64,000 nt of DNA from assembly GCF_003018255.1 (NCBI RefSeq), contig NZ_CP027440.1. One strand, given 5' to 3'. Positions 44,143-53,893 of the stretch are shown here, one piece after another. The number at the start of each line of letters is the position of its first letter. Position 1 is the first letter of the stretch. The translations under genes were made by a program, and so were the position numbers. The notes under the pieces were generated by a model that was given only the letters and a program-made list of their open reading frames with translations, ran no database searches and was not told the origin of the DNA. Source of the stretch: Escherichia coli (GTDB lineage: Bacteria; Pseudomonadota; Gammaproteobacteria; Enterobacterales; Enterobacteriaceae).

Positions 44143-45021
44143 ATGGCAACCATTGCATTTCTCGGGCTGGGGCAGATGGGTAGCCCAATGGCTAACAATC
44201 TATTGCAAAAAGGGCATTCATTGCAGGTATTTGATGTCAATGCACAGGCCGTCGATGTGCTAGTTACGCAGGGGGCCACTGCGGCACAAACCCCAGCGGA
44301 AGCAGCAGCAGGCGCTGAATTTATCATCACTATGCTTCCCAATGGTGACATTGTTCGACAGGTTCTGTTGGGGGAAAAAGGCGTCTGTGAGGCTGTTTCA
44401 TCTGACGCGTTATTGATTGATATGTCGACTATTCATCCCTTACAGACCGATGCATTAATACGGGAGTTACAAGAAAAAGGCATCAGTATGATGGACGCTC
44501 CCGTGGGCAGAACGTCCGTGAATGCGATTGATGGCACATTGCTGATTTTAGCGGGTGGCACTGATGAGCAGATTGCACGTGCACGCCCGATTCTCATGTG
44601 CATGGGTAATGAACTGGTCGAGGCTGGCGGCCCAGGAATGGGGATCCGCGTGAAGCTAATTAACAACTATATGAGCATTGCGCTTAATGCGCTGTCCTCC
44701 GAGGCCGCTGTGTTATGTGAGTCACTGGGATTAAATCTTGATGTCGCAATTAAGGTGATGAGTGGTACGGCAGCAGGGAAAGGACATTTTACGACCACCT
44801 GGCCTGGCAAAGTGCTGAAAGGCGATCTTTCACCCGCCTTCATGGTGGATCTGGCGTTGAAAGATCTGCGTATTGCAGTTGACGTCGCTCGGGAGACGGG
44901 GGCACCGCTCAATATGGGGATTGCAGCAGAAAGTTATTACGCCGCAGCAAGTCAAGACGGCAAAGGGCGGCAGGATTGGAGTGCCCTGCTAAATCAGGTT
45001 CGCCAGCAGGCTGGTCTTTAA
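44143..45021 (+). CDS. NAD(P)-dependent beta-hydroxyacid dehydrogenase family reductase, YihU (sulfolactaldehyde reductase)-like (292 aa)
   Basis: ORF-track frame 43942..45021; start placed at ATG 44143 after RBS; Rossmann motif [13 protein letters not shown]. Confidence 0.8.
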   Translation: MATIAFLGLGQMGSPMANNLLQKGHSLQVFDVNAQAVDVLVTQGATAAQTPAEAAAGAEFIITMLPNGDIVRQVLLGEKGVCEAVSSDALLIDMSTIHPLQTDALIRELQEKGISMMDAPVGRTSVNAIDGTLLILAGGTDEQIARARPILMCMGNELVEAGGPGMGIRVKLINNYMSIALNALSSEAAVLCESLGLNLDVAIKVMSGTAAGKGHFTTTWPGKVLKGDLSPAFMVDLALKDLRIAVDVARETGAPLNMGIAAESYYAAASQDGKGRQDWSALLNQVRQQAGL

Positions 45022-45045
45022 TTTTATCTATTAACAGGAGTTTCT

Positions 45046-45933
45046 ATGTCATCCCACTTCACCCCATTTACGCTGAAAGATATCTCCCGCCCAGGTGGTG
45101 GATTCGCCATGTTAGCTGTCGATCAGCGTGAGGCCATGCGCCTGATGTTTGCGGCAGCAGGGCAGCCAAAACCCATCGCCGACAGTGTACTCACCGATTT
45201 TAAAGTTGCCGCGACCCGAATCCTTTCTCCTTATGCTTCTGCCGTTCTGGCGGATAAACAATTTTGTCTTGAACAAATAGTCGAGCAGGGCGCTGTGGCT
45301 AATTCTTGCGGCCTGATTGTCGCTGCCGATCTTTTTATCCCAGGTAATGGCATCCCGGTTGATAGCGTTGAAATAGATATGTCCGTCGACCCGCATAAAG
45401 CCCGTGAAATGGGGGCTAAGGCAATGAAATTACTTGTACTCTGGCGTGAAGATGAACCCGCAGAGGAACGTCTGGCAATGGTTGATAAATTTGTTCGTCG
45501 CTGCCGTAGTGCCGGGCTGGTTAGCATTATTGAACCTGTGGTGCGTCCACCTCGTCGCGGTTGGGACTTTGATCGTGAAAGCGCCATTGTTGCCGCCGCC
45601 GCAGAGCTTGGTGGAACAGAGGCTGATCTTTACAAAGCCGAGATGCCATTAGGGGGCAAAGGCGATGAAAAAACCTTACTTGCCGCCTGTCAGCAACTTA
45701 ACGATCAGATGAAGATGCCGTGGGTAATTCTTTCTTCTGGCGTTGATGCCGATATTTTTGGCCGTGCAGTAAGTATTGCCATGAAAGGTGGTGCGTCGGG
45801 CTTCCTGGCTGGACGAGCGGTATGGGCGTCGGTTGTTGGTGCACAAGATCCACAAACCATGCTGCGCGATGTCTCCGTTCCACGCTTGCAACGGCTGGCT
45901 GAAATTGTCGATGAAGGTATCGCGCAACGCTAA
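45046..45933 (+). CDS. Class I aldolase of the LacD/YihT (sulfofructose-phosphate aldolase) family (295 aa)
   Basis: ORF 45046..45933; [13 protein letters not shown] motif region characteristic of YihT/LacD-like aldolases. Confidence 0.8.
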   Translation: MSSHFTPFTLKDISRPGGGFAMLAVDQREAMRLMFAAAGQPKPIADSVLTDFKVAATRILSPYASAVLADKQFCLEQIVEQGAVANSCGLIVAADLFIPGNGIPVDSVEIDMSVDPHKAREMGAKAMKLLVLWREDEPAEERLAMVDKFVRRCRSAGLVSIIEPVVRPPRRGWDFDRESAIVAAAAELGGTEADLYKAEMPLGGKGDEKTLLAACQQLNDQMKMPWVILSSGVDADIFGRAVSIAMKGGASGFLAGRAVWASVVGAQDPQTMLRDVSVPRLQRLAEIVDEGIAQR

Positions 45934-45965
45934 TCCCCTATGGATATCGATTCTGGAGAATAACA

Positions 45966-46976
45966 ATGGATAAAATTACCCAGGTTTTATTTTCAGATAT
46001 TGGGAAAGTCACCACTCAATATGTTGAAGTACCACACCAGCAACTTAAACCGCACGAAGTACGGATTGCGCCCGTGTTCTACGGGATATGCGGTTCGGAT
46101 CTGCATGTTCTGAAAGGCGGTCATCCGTTTGCCAAGCCGCCTGTCGTCCCCGGTCATGAAATTGCAGCGCGCGTTACGGAAGTGGGCAGCGACGTTAAAA
46201 ATGTACAGCCGGGCGATCATGTTGTGGTCGATCCCATCATGGCTTGCATGGAATGCCGAGCCTGCAAAGCAGGACGTTTTAATCTTTGTGAACCACCGCA
46301 GGTTGCTGGTTTTCGCGCACCGGGCTTTGCTCGCTCACAACACATTGTTCCTGCGCGTAATTGCCATGTCGCACCAGCCTCTTTACCGCTAAAAGTGTTG
46401 GCCTTTGCCGAACCGGCGGCTTGTGCTCGTCACTGCGTTAACCGAATGCCGAAAGCTTCTCTGGAAAGCGTACTGGTGATTGGTGCCGGAACGATAGGCT
46501 TATCCATCGTGCAGGCACTGCGCATTATGGGGGCAGGTAAGATTACCGTGATTGAACCTGACGCTGCCAAACGCGCGCTGGCGTTAAAGCTGGGCGCAGC
46601 AGAAGTTTGGGCACCAGGTGAGCTGGCCGCAGATGTGAGATTTACGGGGGCGATTGATGTCGTTGCAGCGCAGGCCACGCTTAACGATGCATGTACCCGT
46701 GTATATGCCGGAGGCACCGTCGTGTGCATGGGCGTACCAAGTGGGCCGCGTGAAATACCATTACCGATGATGCAACGTTTCGAGCGTGACTTGCTCAACT
46801 CTGGCATGTACATCCCTGAAGATTTCGATGCTGTTATCGAATGGCTGGCGGATGGGCGGTTTGATACCAGTGAACTGGTTACCGATTTATTTGCCATTGA
46901 GGATGCAGCGGCGGCATTCGAACGCGCGCAGCAAAATGACTCCATAAAGGTCATGCTGCAATTTGCGCCGGAATGA
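45966..46976 (+). CDS. Zinc-dependent medium-chain alcohol/polyol dehydrogenase (sorbitol/threonine dehydrogenase-like, 336 aa)
   Basis: ORF 45966..46976; catalytic Zn ligands (GICGSDLH, GHE) and structural Zn cysteines (CMECRACKAGRFNLC); Rossmann motif GAGTIG. Confidence 0.8.
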   Translation: MDKITQVLFSDIGKVTTQYVEVPHQQLKPHEVRIAPVFYGICGSDLHVLKGGHPFAKPPVVPGHEIAARVTEVGSDVKNVQPGDHVVVDPIMACMECRACKAGRFNLCEPPQVAGFRAPGFARSQHIVPARNCHVAPASLPLKVLAFAEPAACARHCVNRMPKASLESVLVIGAGTIGLSIVQALRIMGAGKITVIEPDAAKRALALKLGAAEVWAPGELAADVRFTGAIDVVAAQATLNDACTRVYAGGTVVCMGVPSGPREIPLPMMQRFERDLLNSGMYIPEDFDAVIEWLADGRFDTSELVTDLFAIEDAAAAFERAQQNDSIKVMLQFAPE

Positions 46977-47045
46977 TTTTCTAAATCTCTGTCTGGCGCT
47001 GCGTCACGTCAGCGCCACCCTACAACAATTAAAAAGGACACTGCG

Positions 47046-48479
47046 ATGAGTCAAATCACCAGTCCTGCAACTTATTCAATTAGTCGGCCACAGGACGTAA
47101 TTGATATTGTTAATAAGAACTCTGCAATCAACACCAGTATCGGCGTTATTTTTATTGCTTTGGGCGGCATATTGATTGATGCCTACCAGGTGGCGATGGT
47201 GGGGTTTGGTAATAAATACATTGCCGCTCAATTCGGCATTTCTCCGGGTCTTGCTGCGACCGTCAATGCGTCAGTATTAATCGCCGCGTTAATTGGCGGT
47301 TTATTAGCGAACCGAGTAATAAACCGCTTTGGGCAAAAGCGGGCATTTATTATTGGCATGGGGCTGTGCACCATCGGTGCTGCAGCGGTAGCTATTGCTC
47401 CCAGTATCTGGTGGGTGCTGGTGTGCCGCGTCATCATGGGCTTTGGTTTAGGCATCGACTTCCCTTTGGCAACTAATGCCGTGGCAGAGCTTCGTGGTTC
47501 AACGTCGAAGAAAACCGGAACGTCGGTCAACCTCTGGCAAATGGCCTGGTATGTTTCGACAACCGTTGTTTATTTGGTGCTTTTGCCGCTGCTTCTGTCG
47601 GGTATCGCTGAAGAACAATTGTGGCGTTACGGAATATTCATCGGAGCTATTTTTGCAGTCATCTTCATGATTTTGCGTTACTTCTTTATTGGTGAATCCG
47701 CAATGTGGGCCGCACGCGTTGGGCGTTACCAGGAAGCGTGCGACATTCTGGGAAAACGTTATGGTGTTCAGGCTCGCGTTGCGGCATCGGGTACAACAGA
47801 AGCGAAATTCTCGGAAAAAGCAGAGAATAAATACAGTGGTGGATATGGCATCTTATTTAATGATCGTTACCGCAAACGCACCATTCTTGGCTGTGTCGTG
47901 GCAACCATGCAGGCGTGGCAATATAACGCCGTAGGTGTTTATCTTCCTCTTACGTTGGCGGGAATAATAAGTGGCGGGCTTACTGGCGCGTTGACCGGTT
48001 CTGCCGTCGTGAATGCCCTTTGTGGGGTGACAGGTGGGATGATCGGCTCGTTTATTCTCCAACGACTGGGTACTCGCCGACAGTCGATGTATGGATTTGC
48101 TGTTGTGACCTTAGCATTGCTGTCGTTAGGCGCACTGGCAACGACTAATCCTTGGCTGTCTTTAGGGTTATTGGGATCAATTATTTTCTTCCATTCAGCG
48201 GGTCCTGGTGGGCTGGGCATGACCATTGCCACACTCTCTTATCCTCCCGCTATTCGCCCTACTGGGGTCGGATTTGCCCGCGCTATTATGCGCACAGGGG
48301 CAATTGCAGGACTCATTTTCTGGCCGATGCTGTGGGGTGCGTTGAAAACTGAAGCGTTTTACTGGTTGGCAATCGTGCCATTCCTGGGATTCCTAACCTG
48401 TGTATTGATTAATTGGGAACCACTGGGTGCAAATGTTGATGCTGAGGACGCAGAGGTTCTGGCTGAATTGAAGAAATAA
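47046..48479 (+). CDS. MFS transporter (477 aa)
   Basis: ORF 47046..48479; about 12 TM helices; RBS aaggac. Confidence 0.75.
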   Translation: MSQITSPATYSISRPQDVIDIVNKNSAINTSIGVIFIALGGILIDAYQVAMVGFGNKYIAAQFGISPGLAATVNASVLIAALIGGLLANRVINRFGQKRAFIIGMGLCTIGAAAVAIAPSIWWVLVCRVIMGFGLGIDFPLATNAVAELRGSTSKKTGTSVNLWQMAWYVSTTVVYLVLLPLLLSGIAEEQLWRYGIFIGAIFAVIFMILRYFFIGESAMWAARVGRYQEACDILGKRYGVQARVAASGTTEAKFSEKAENKYSGGYGILFNDRYRKRTILGCVVATMQAWQYNAVGVYLPLTLAGIISGGLTGALTGSAVVNALCGVTGGMIGSFILQRLGTRRQSMYGFAVVTLALLSLGALATTNPWLSLGLLGSIIFFHSAGPGGLGMTIATLSYPPAIRPTGVGFARAIMRTGAIAGLIFWPMLWGALKTEAFYWLAIVPFLGFLTCVLINWEPLGANVDAEDAEVLAELKK

Positions 48480-48480
48480 T

Positions 48481-48514
48481 TTAATGCGCATCGGCTTAAG
48501 CCGATGCGCATTAA
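48481..48514. repeat. Perfect 34-bp palindrome between the two transporter genes
   Basis: ttaatgcgcatcggcttaagccgatgcgcattaa read directly; no downstream T-tract. Confidence 0.6.
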
Positions 48515-48577
48515 TTCAAACTGCCCACGTTTAGTGGTTCGTATCCCAGATTTCTCGCCTACCAGGAGAGGAAAATT

Positions 48578-49927
48578 ATGTCTGAAAAGTTACCCGCACC
48601 GCGTGAAGGGCTTTCCGGTAAAGCCATGAGACGTGTCGTTATGGGCAGTTTCGCAGGCGCGTTAATGGAATGGTATGACTTCTTTATTTTTGGCACGGCA
48701 GCAGGACTGGTATTTGCACCGCTGTTTTATCCAGACAGCGATCCTTTTATAGGTCTTATAGCTTCCTTTGCGACCTTTGGTGTCGGTTTTCTGACTCGTC
48801 CTTTAGGGGGCATCGTCTTTGGTCATTTTGGCGATAAAATCGGGCGAAAAATAACACTTATCTGGACGCTGGCTATTGTCGGTTGCTCCACATTTTTGAT
48901 TGGTTTTATTCCGACGTATCAGGAAATTGGCATTTGGGCACCGCTTGTATTAATGGTGCTGCGTTTGATTCAGGGCTTTGGTCTTGGTGGCGAGTACGGT
49001 GGAGCGGCATTGATGACCATAGAATCAGCGCCCGAATCCCGACGCGGATTTTTAGGTTCACTCCCGCAAACGGCTGCGTCTGTGGGTATTATGCTGGCAA
49101 CCGGTATTTTTGCTCTCTGTAACCATTTTCTTACTTCGGAGCAGTTTCTCTCCTGGGGATGGCGCATTCCGTTTTGGCTTTCTGCGGTGATGTTGATCGT
49201 TGGGCTGTTTATCCGCCTACATACCGAAGAAACGCTGGATTTTCAAAAGCAAAAAACGACGAATAATAAAGAAAAGTCCGTTCCTCCGTTGATTGAATTA
49301 TTCAAAAAACATCCACGAAATATTTTATTGGCACTGGGTGCGAGGCTGGCGGAAAGTGTCTCCTCTAATATTATTAATGCCTTTGGTATTGTCTATATTT
49401 CCAGCCAATTAGCATTGTCGCGAGATATTCCCCTGACGGGTATGTTGATTGCCTCGGCGATCGGTATTTTCAGTTGTCCATTGGTTGGATGGTTATCAGA
49501 TCGTATAGGTCAAAAAAGTCTGTATTTGTCGGGAGCAGGATTTTGTGTCCTGTTCGCGTTTCCTTTCTTCTTATTATTGGATAGCAAAAGTACGCTCATC
49601 ATCTGGTGCAGTATGATCCTCGGCTACAACTTAGGTCCGACGATGATGTTTGCCGTGCAGCCAACACTTTTCACCCGCATGTTCGGTACCAAAGTACGAT
49701 ATACCGGCCTTTCTTTTGCTTATCAATTTTCCGCGATTCTTGGCGGACTAAGCCCCCTTATCGCCTCAAGTTTGCTGGCGCTAGGGGGAGGAAAACCGTG
49801 GTATGTCGCTCTGTTTTTATTTGCTGTCTCAGTTCTTTCCTTTGTTTGCGTCTGGCTGATTGAGCCGACCGATGAACAAGAAACCGCTTCTTACCGCTAC
49901 ATCAGGGAACAATCTCATGAAAACTGA
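48578..49927 (+). CDS. MFS transporter of the metabolite:H+ symporter (MHS, ProP/KgtP-like) type (449 aa)
   Basis: ORF 48578..49927; MHS-like N-terminal motifs (GALMEWYDFFIFG, GHFGDKIGRK). Confidence 0.75.
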   Translation: MSEKLPAPREGLSGKAMRRVVMGSFAGALMEWYDFFIFGTAAGLVFAPLFYPDSDPFIGLIASFATFGVGFLTRPLGGIVFGHFGDKIGRKITLIWTLAIVGCSTFLIGFIPTYQEIGIWAPLVLMVLRLIQGFGLGGEYGGAALMTIESAPESRRGFLGSLPQTAASVGIMLATGIFALCNHFLTSEQFLSWGWRIPFWLSAVMLIVGLFIRLHTEETLDFQKQKTTNNKEKSVPPLIELFKKHPRNILLALGARLAESVSSNIINAFGIVYISSQLALSRDIPLTGMLIASAIGIFSCPLVGWLSDRIGQKSLYLSGAGFCVLFAFPFFLLLDSKSTLIIWCSMILGYNLGPTMMFAVQPTLFTRMFGTKVRYTGLSFAYQFSAILGGLSPLIASSLLALGGGKPWYVALFLFAVSVLSFVCVWLIEPTDEQETASYRYIREQSHEN

Positions 49928-50804
49928 ACGAAAAAACGAGCATTACCTGGCGCTACAACAGGCGTTTGACGCGCCATGGCCTGGGCCTGTAGGAGAGTTA
50001 GTGATGCTGGAAAAAGGCAATATTCACCTGCAGATTTATCCGCATGATGGTGCCAGGATAACCTCGTTAAAGGCATTTGGTTCTGAAGTATTACGCCAAT
50101 GGCAGCCGCAGCGCAGAGCTTTTCAGTATGGCTGTTTCCCAATGGTGCCGTGGGCAGGGCGACTGGGGAATGCGACGCTGAATGCTGGTGGGCAATGTTA
50201 TTCTTTACCCGCCAATAAACCACCACATGCGTTGCATGGTATGGCTTGTTACTCAACGTGGGAAATCATCGACAAAACAGCAGATTCCCTGACTTTACGT
50301 ATGCCCCTGGCTTCACCGTGGCCCTGGCAAGGGGAAGTGATTCAGACTTTTTTGCTGGAGAACGATGCGCTGGTTTTGCAACTGGAAGTCCATTCATATG
50401 CCGATACATTCCCGGCCTCCGCAGGCTGGCATCCGTGGTTTGCGAAAAAGCTGACTCCGCAAAATACAGAATCGTTGCAGGTGCTTTTTGATGCGGACTG
50501 GCAAGAAGAAGCGGGTAGTGATGAACTGCCAACTGGAAATCGTATCTCTCCTCAAGTCGGTCCCTGGGATGACTGTTTTGGTTTTTATGACGGGGTGAAG
50601 GTTAAGTTACTGTGGCCTGGTAAACTCGCGATGACCATGACCTCTTCTGCAAACAGTCTGGTGGTATTTGATAAACAGCCCGATGCCACCTGTATTAACC
50701 CGCTGACTCAGGCACCTAACGCAATAAATCTAACGCCGGAATTTGTGACACCAGATAAGCCGCTGGTCATCGAAACTCGTTGGCAATTTACACCTGAATC
50801 TTAA
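49917..50804 (+). CDS. Aldose 1-epimerase (mutarotase)-family protein, YihR-like
   Basis: ORF-track frame 49860..50804; start placed at ATG 49917 (MKTERKNE) after an RBS, overlapping the upstream stop by 11 nt. Confidence 0.7.
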   Translation: MKTERKNEHYLALQQAFDAPWPGPVGELVMLEKGNIHLQIYPHDGARITSLKAFGSEVLRQWQPQRRAFQYGCFPMVPWAGRLGNATLNAGGQCYSLPANKPPHALHGMACYSTWEIIDKTADSLTLRMPLASPWPWQGEVIQTFLLENDALVLQLEVHSYADTFPASAGWHPWFAKKLTPQNTESLQVLFDADWQEEAGSDELPTGNRISPQVGPWDDCFGFYDGVKVKLLWPGKLAMTMTSSANSLVVFDKQPDATCINPLTQAPNAINLTPEFVTPDKPLVIETRWQFTPES

Positions 50805-50811
50805 CCATTCA

Positions 50812-50850
50812 TCTATTGCGAAAAAGACAGTGAAATTACTCTGCTTTTTC
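50812..50850 (+). terminator. Terminator hairpin after the cassette operon
   Basis: ttgcgaaaaagacagtgaaattactctgctttttcgcaa inverted repeat. Confidence 0.6.
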
Positions 50851-50944
50851 GCAATCAGCATCACAAGATTACCCTTATTGCCACATAGCCAAACCCATCC
50901 TTTCCCGCTACAGTTAATTTCTTGTGGCGCGAAAGGAGGCAAAA

Positions 50945-51544
50945 ATGCTCTATATCTTTGATTTAGGTAATGTGATTGTCGATATCGACTTTAACCGTGT
51001 GCTGGGGGCCTGGAGCGATTTAACGCGTGTTCCACTGGCTACGCTTAAGAAGAGTTTCCACATGGGCGAGGCGTTTCATCAGCATGAGCGTGGGGAAATT
51101 AGCGACGAAGCGTTCGCAGAGGCGCTGTGTCATGAGATGGCCCTGCCGCTAAGCTACGAGCAGTTCTCTCACGGCTGGCAGGCGGTGTTTGTCGCGCTGC
51201 GCCCGGAAGTGATCGCCATCATGCATAAACTGCGTGAGCAGGGGCATCGCGTGGTGGTGCTTTCCAATACCAACCGCCTGCATACCACCTTCTGGCCGGA
51301 AGAATATCCGGAAATTCGTGATGCTGCTGACCATATCTATCTGTCGCAAGATCTGGGGATGCGCAAACCCGAAGCACGAATTTACCAGCATGTTTTGCAG
51401 GCGGAAGGTTTTTCACCAGACGATACGGTCTTTTTCGACGATAACGCCGATAATATAGAAGGAGCTAATCGGCTAGGCATTACTAGTATTCTGGTGAAAG
51501 ATAAAACCACCATCCCGGACTATTTCGCGAAGGTGTTATGCTAA
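50945..51544 (+). CDS. yihX: HAD-family alpha-D-glucose-1-phosphate phosphatase YihX (199 aa)
   Basis: ORF-track frame 50924..51544; start placed at [16 protein letters not shown] (HAD motif I). Confidence 0.88.
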
Positions 51545-52410
51545 AAACCATTCAGGACAAAGCCAGGCATCGTACCCGTCCACTATGGGCCTGGCTAAAA
51601 CTACTCTGGCAACGCATTGATGAGGACAACATGACAACCCTGGCAGGTAACCTTGCCTATGTGTCGTTGCTCTCATTAGTGCCGCTGGTTGCCGTTGTTT
51701 TTGCGCTTTTCGCCGCTTTTCCCATGTTTTCCGACGTCAGCATTCAGTTGCGTCACTTTATTTTTGCCAACTTTCTGCCTGCTACTGGCGATGTTATTCA
51801 GCGGTATATCGAACAATTTGTTGCCAATTCCAACAAGATGACCGCCGTTGGGGCGTGTGGGCTGATCGTCACAGCATTATTGCTGATGTACTCCATCGAT
51901 AGCGCGTTGAATACCATCTGGCGCAGCAAACGAGCGCGACCAAAAATTTACTCGTTTGCCGTGTACTGGATGATTTTAACGCTGGGGCCGCTGCTGGCAG
52001 GGGCCAGTCTGGCGATCAGTTCCTATCTGCTCTCCCTGCGCTGGGCGAGCGATCTCAATACTGTCATCGACAACGTGCTGCGTATTTTTCCGCTGCTGTT
52101 GTCGTGGATCTCCTTCTGGTTGCTGTACAGCATTGTTCCTACCATCCGCGTACCTAACCGCGACGCGATTGTCGGCGCGTTTGTCGCCGCACTCCTGTTC
52201 GAAGCAGGAAAGAAAGGTTTCGCGCTTTATATCACCATGTTCCCGTCATATCAGCTCATTTACGGCGTGCTGGCGGTGATCCCCATTCTCTTTGTCTGGG
52301 TCTACTGGACATGGTGTATCGTCTTGCTTGGCGCGGAAATTACTGTCACTCTCGGGGAATACCGCAAATTAAAACAAGCTGCTGAACAAGAAGAAGACGA
52401 CGAACCATGA
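51538..52410 (+). CDS. yihY: YihY/virulence-factor BrkB-family inner membrane protein (290 aa)
   Basis: ORF 51538..52410; multiple TM helices; overlaps the yihX stop. Confidence 0.88.
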
Positions 52411-52844
52411 TTGCATTAATTCAACGCGTAACCCGTGCCAGCGTCACCGTGGAGGGAGAAGTGACGGGCGAAATTGGCGCGGGACTTTTGGTGTTATTGG
52501 GTGTCGAAAAGGATGACGACGAACAGAAAGCAAACCGTCTGTGCGAGCGTGTGCTCGGCTACCGCATCTTTAGCGATGCCGAAGGCAAGATGAATCTCAA
52601 CGTGCAACAGGCGGGCGGCAGTGTACTGGTGGTTTCCCAGTTTACCCTTGCCGCAGATACCGAACGGGGGATGCGTCCAAGTTTCTCCAAAGGTGCATCA
52701 CCGGATCGCGCAGAGGCGTTATATGACTATTTCGTCGAACGCTGCCGTCAGCAAGAGATGAACACGCAAACAGGACGCTTCGCTGCGGATATGCAGGTAT
52801 CGCTGGTCAATGATGGCCCCGTGACATTCTGGTTGCAGGTATGA
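52407..52844 (+). CDS. dtd: D-aminoacyl-tRNA deacylase (145 aa)
   Basis: ORF 52407..52844; [17 protein letters not shown] and SQFTL motifs; 4-nt overlap with yihY. Confidence 0.95.
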
Positions 52845-53830
52845 GCCAGCTTCCAGGGTTGTCACGGGAAACAAGAGAGAGTATCGCTATGTATCACCTT
52901 CGGGTTCCACAAACAGAAGAAGAATTAGAGCGTTACTATCAGTTTCGCTGGGAAATGTTGCGTAAGCCCCTGCATCAACCGAAAGGTTCGGAACGCGACG
53001 CGTGGGATGCGATGGCGCATCACCAGATGGTCGTCGACGAGCAGGGTAATCTGGTGGCGGTAGGCCGACTGTATATTAATGCCGACAATGAAGCGTCCAT
53101 TCGCTTTATGGCCGTTCATCCCGACGTGCAGGACAAAGGGTTAGGAACGCTGATGGCGATGACCCTCGAATCTGTGGCGCGTCAGGAAGGTGTTAAGCGC
53201 GTGACCTGTAGCGCCCGCGAAGACGCGGTGGAGTTTTTCGCCAAGCTGGGGTTTGTTAATCAGGGAGAAATCACCACGCCAACCACCACGCCGATTCGCC
53301 ATTTTTTGATGATTAAACCCGTTGCCACTCTGGATGATATTTTGCATCGCGGCGACTGGTGCGCGCAGCTGCAACAGGCGTGGTATGAACACATCCCGCT
53401 GAGTGAAAAAATGGGCGTGCGCATTCAGCAATATACCGGGCAAAAATTTATCACCACCATGCCGGAAACAGGCAATCAGAATCCGCATCACACGCTGTTT
53501 GCCGGGAGTTTATTCTCGCTGGCAACGCTCACCGGTTGGGGGCTTATCTGGCTGATGCTGCGCGAACGCCACCTCGGCGGAACGATTATTCTGGCGGATG
53601 CGCATATCCGCTACAGCAAGCCGATTAGCGGCAAACCTCATGCGGTAGCCGACCTTGGTGCCTTAAGCGGCGATCTCGACCGTCTGGCGCGCGGACGAAA
53701 AGCACGGGTGCAGATGCAAGTAGAAATCTTTGGCGACGAGACGCCGGGTGCAGTGTTTGAAGGCACGTATATCGTTCTGCCCGCGAAGCCATTTGGCCCG
53801 TATGAAGAGGGCGGGAACGAAGAAGAGTAG
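52841..53830 (+). CDS. yiiD: GNAT acetyltransferase / thioesterase-fold fusion protein YiiD (FabY, 329 aa)
   Basis: ORF 52841..53830; 4-nt overlap with dtd. Confidence 0.85.
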
Positions 53831-53893
53831 GGGCGTTTTACTTGACTGAAAAGGTTTTCAATCTGAAAACCTTTTCTGGGCCCTGGTCCGGAG

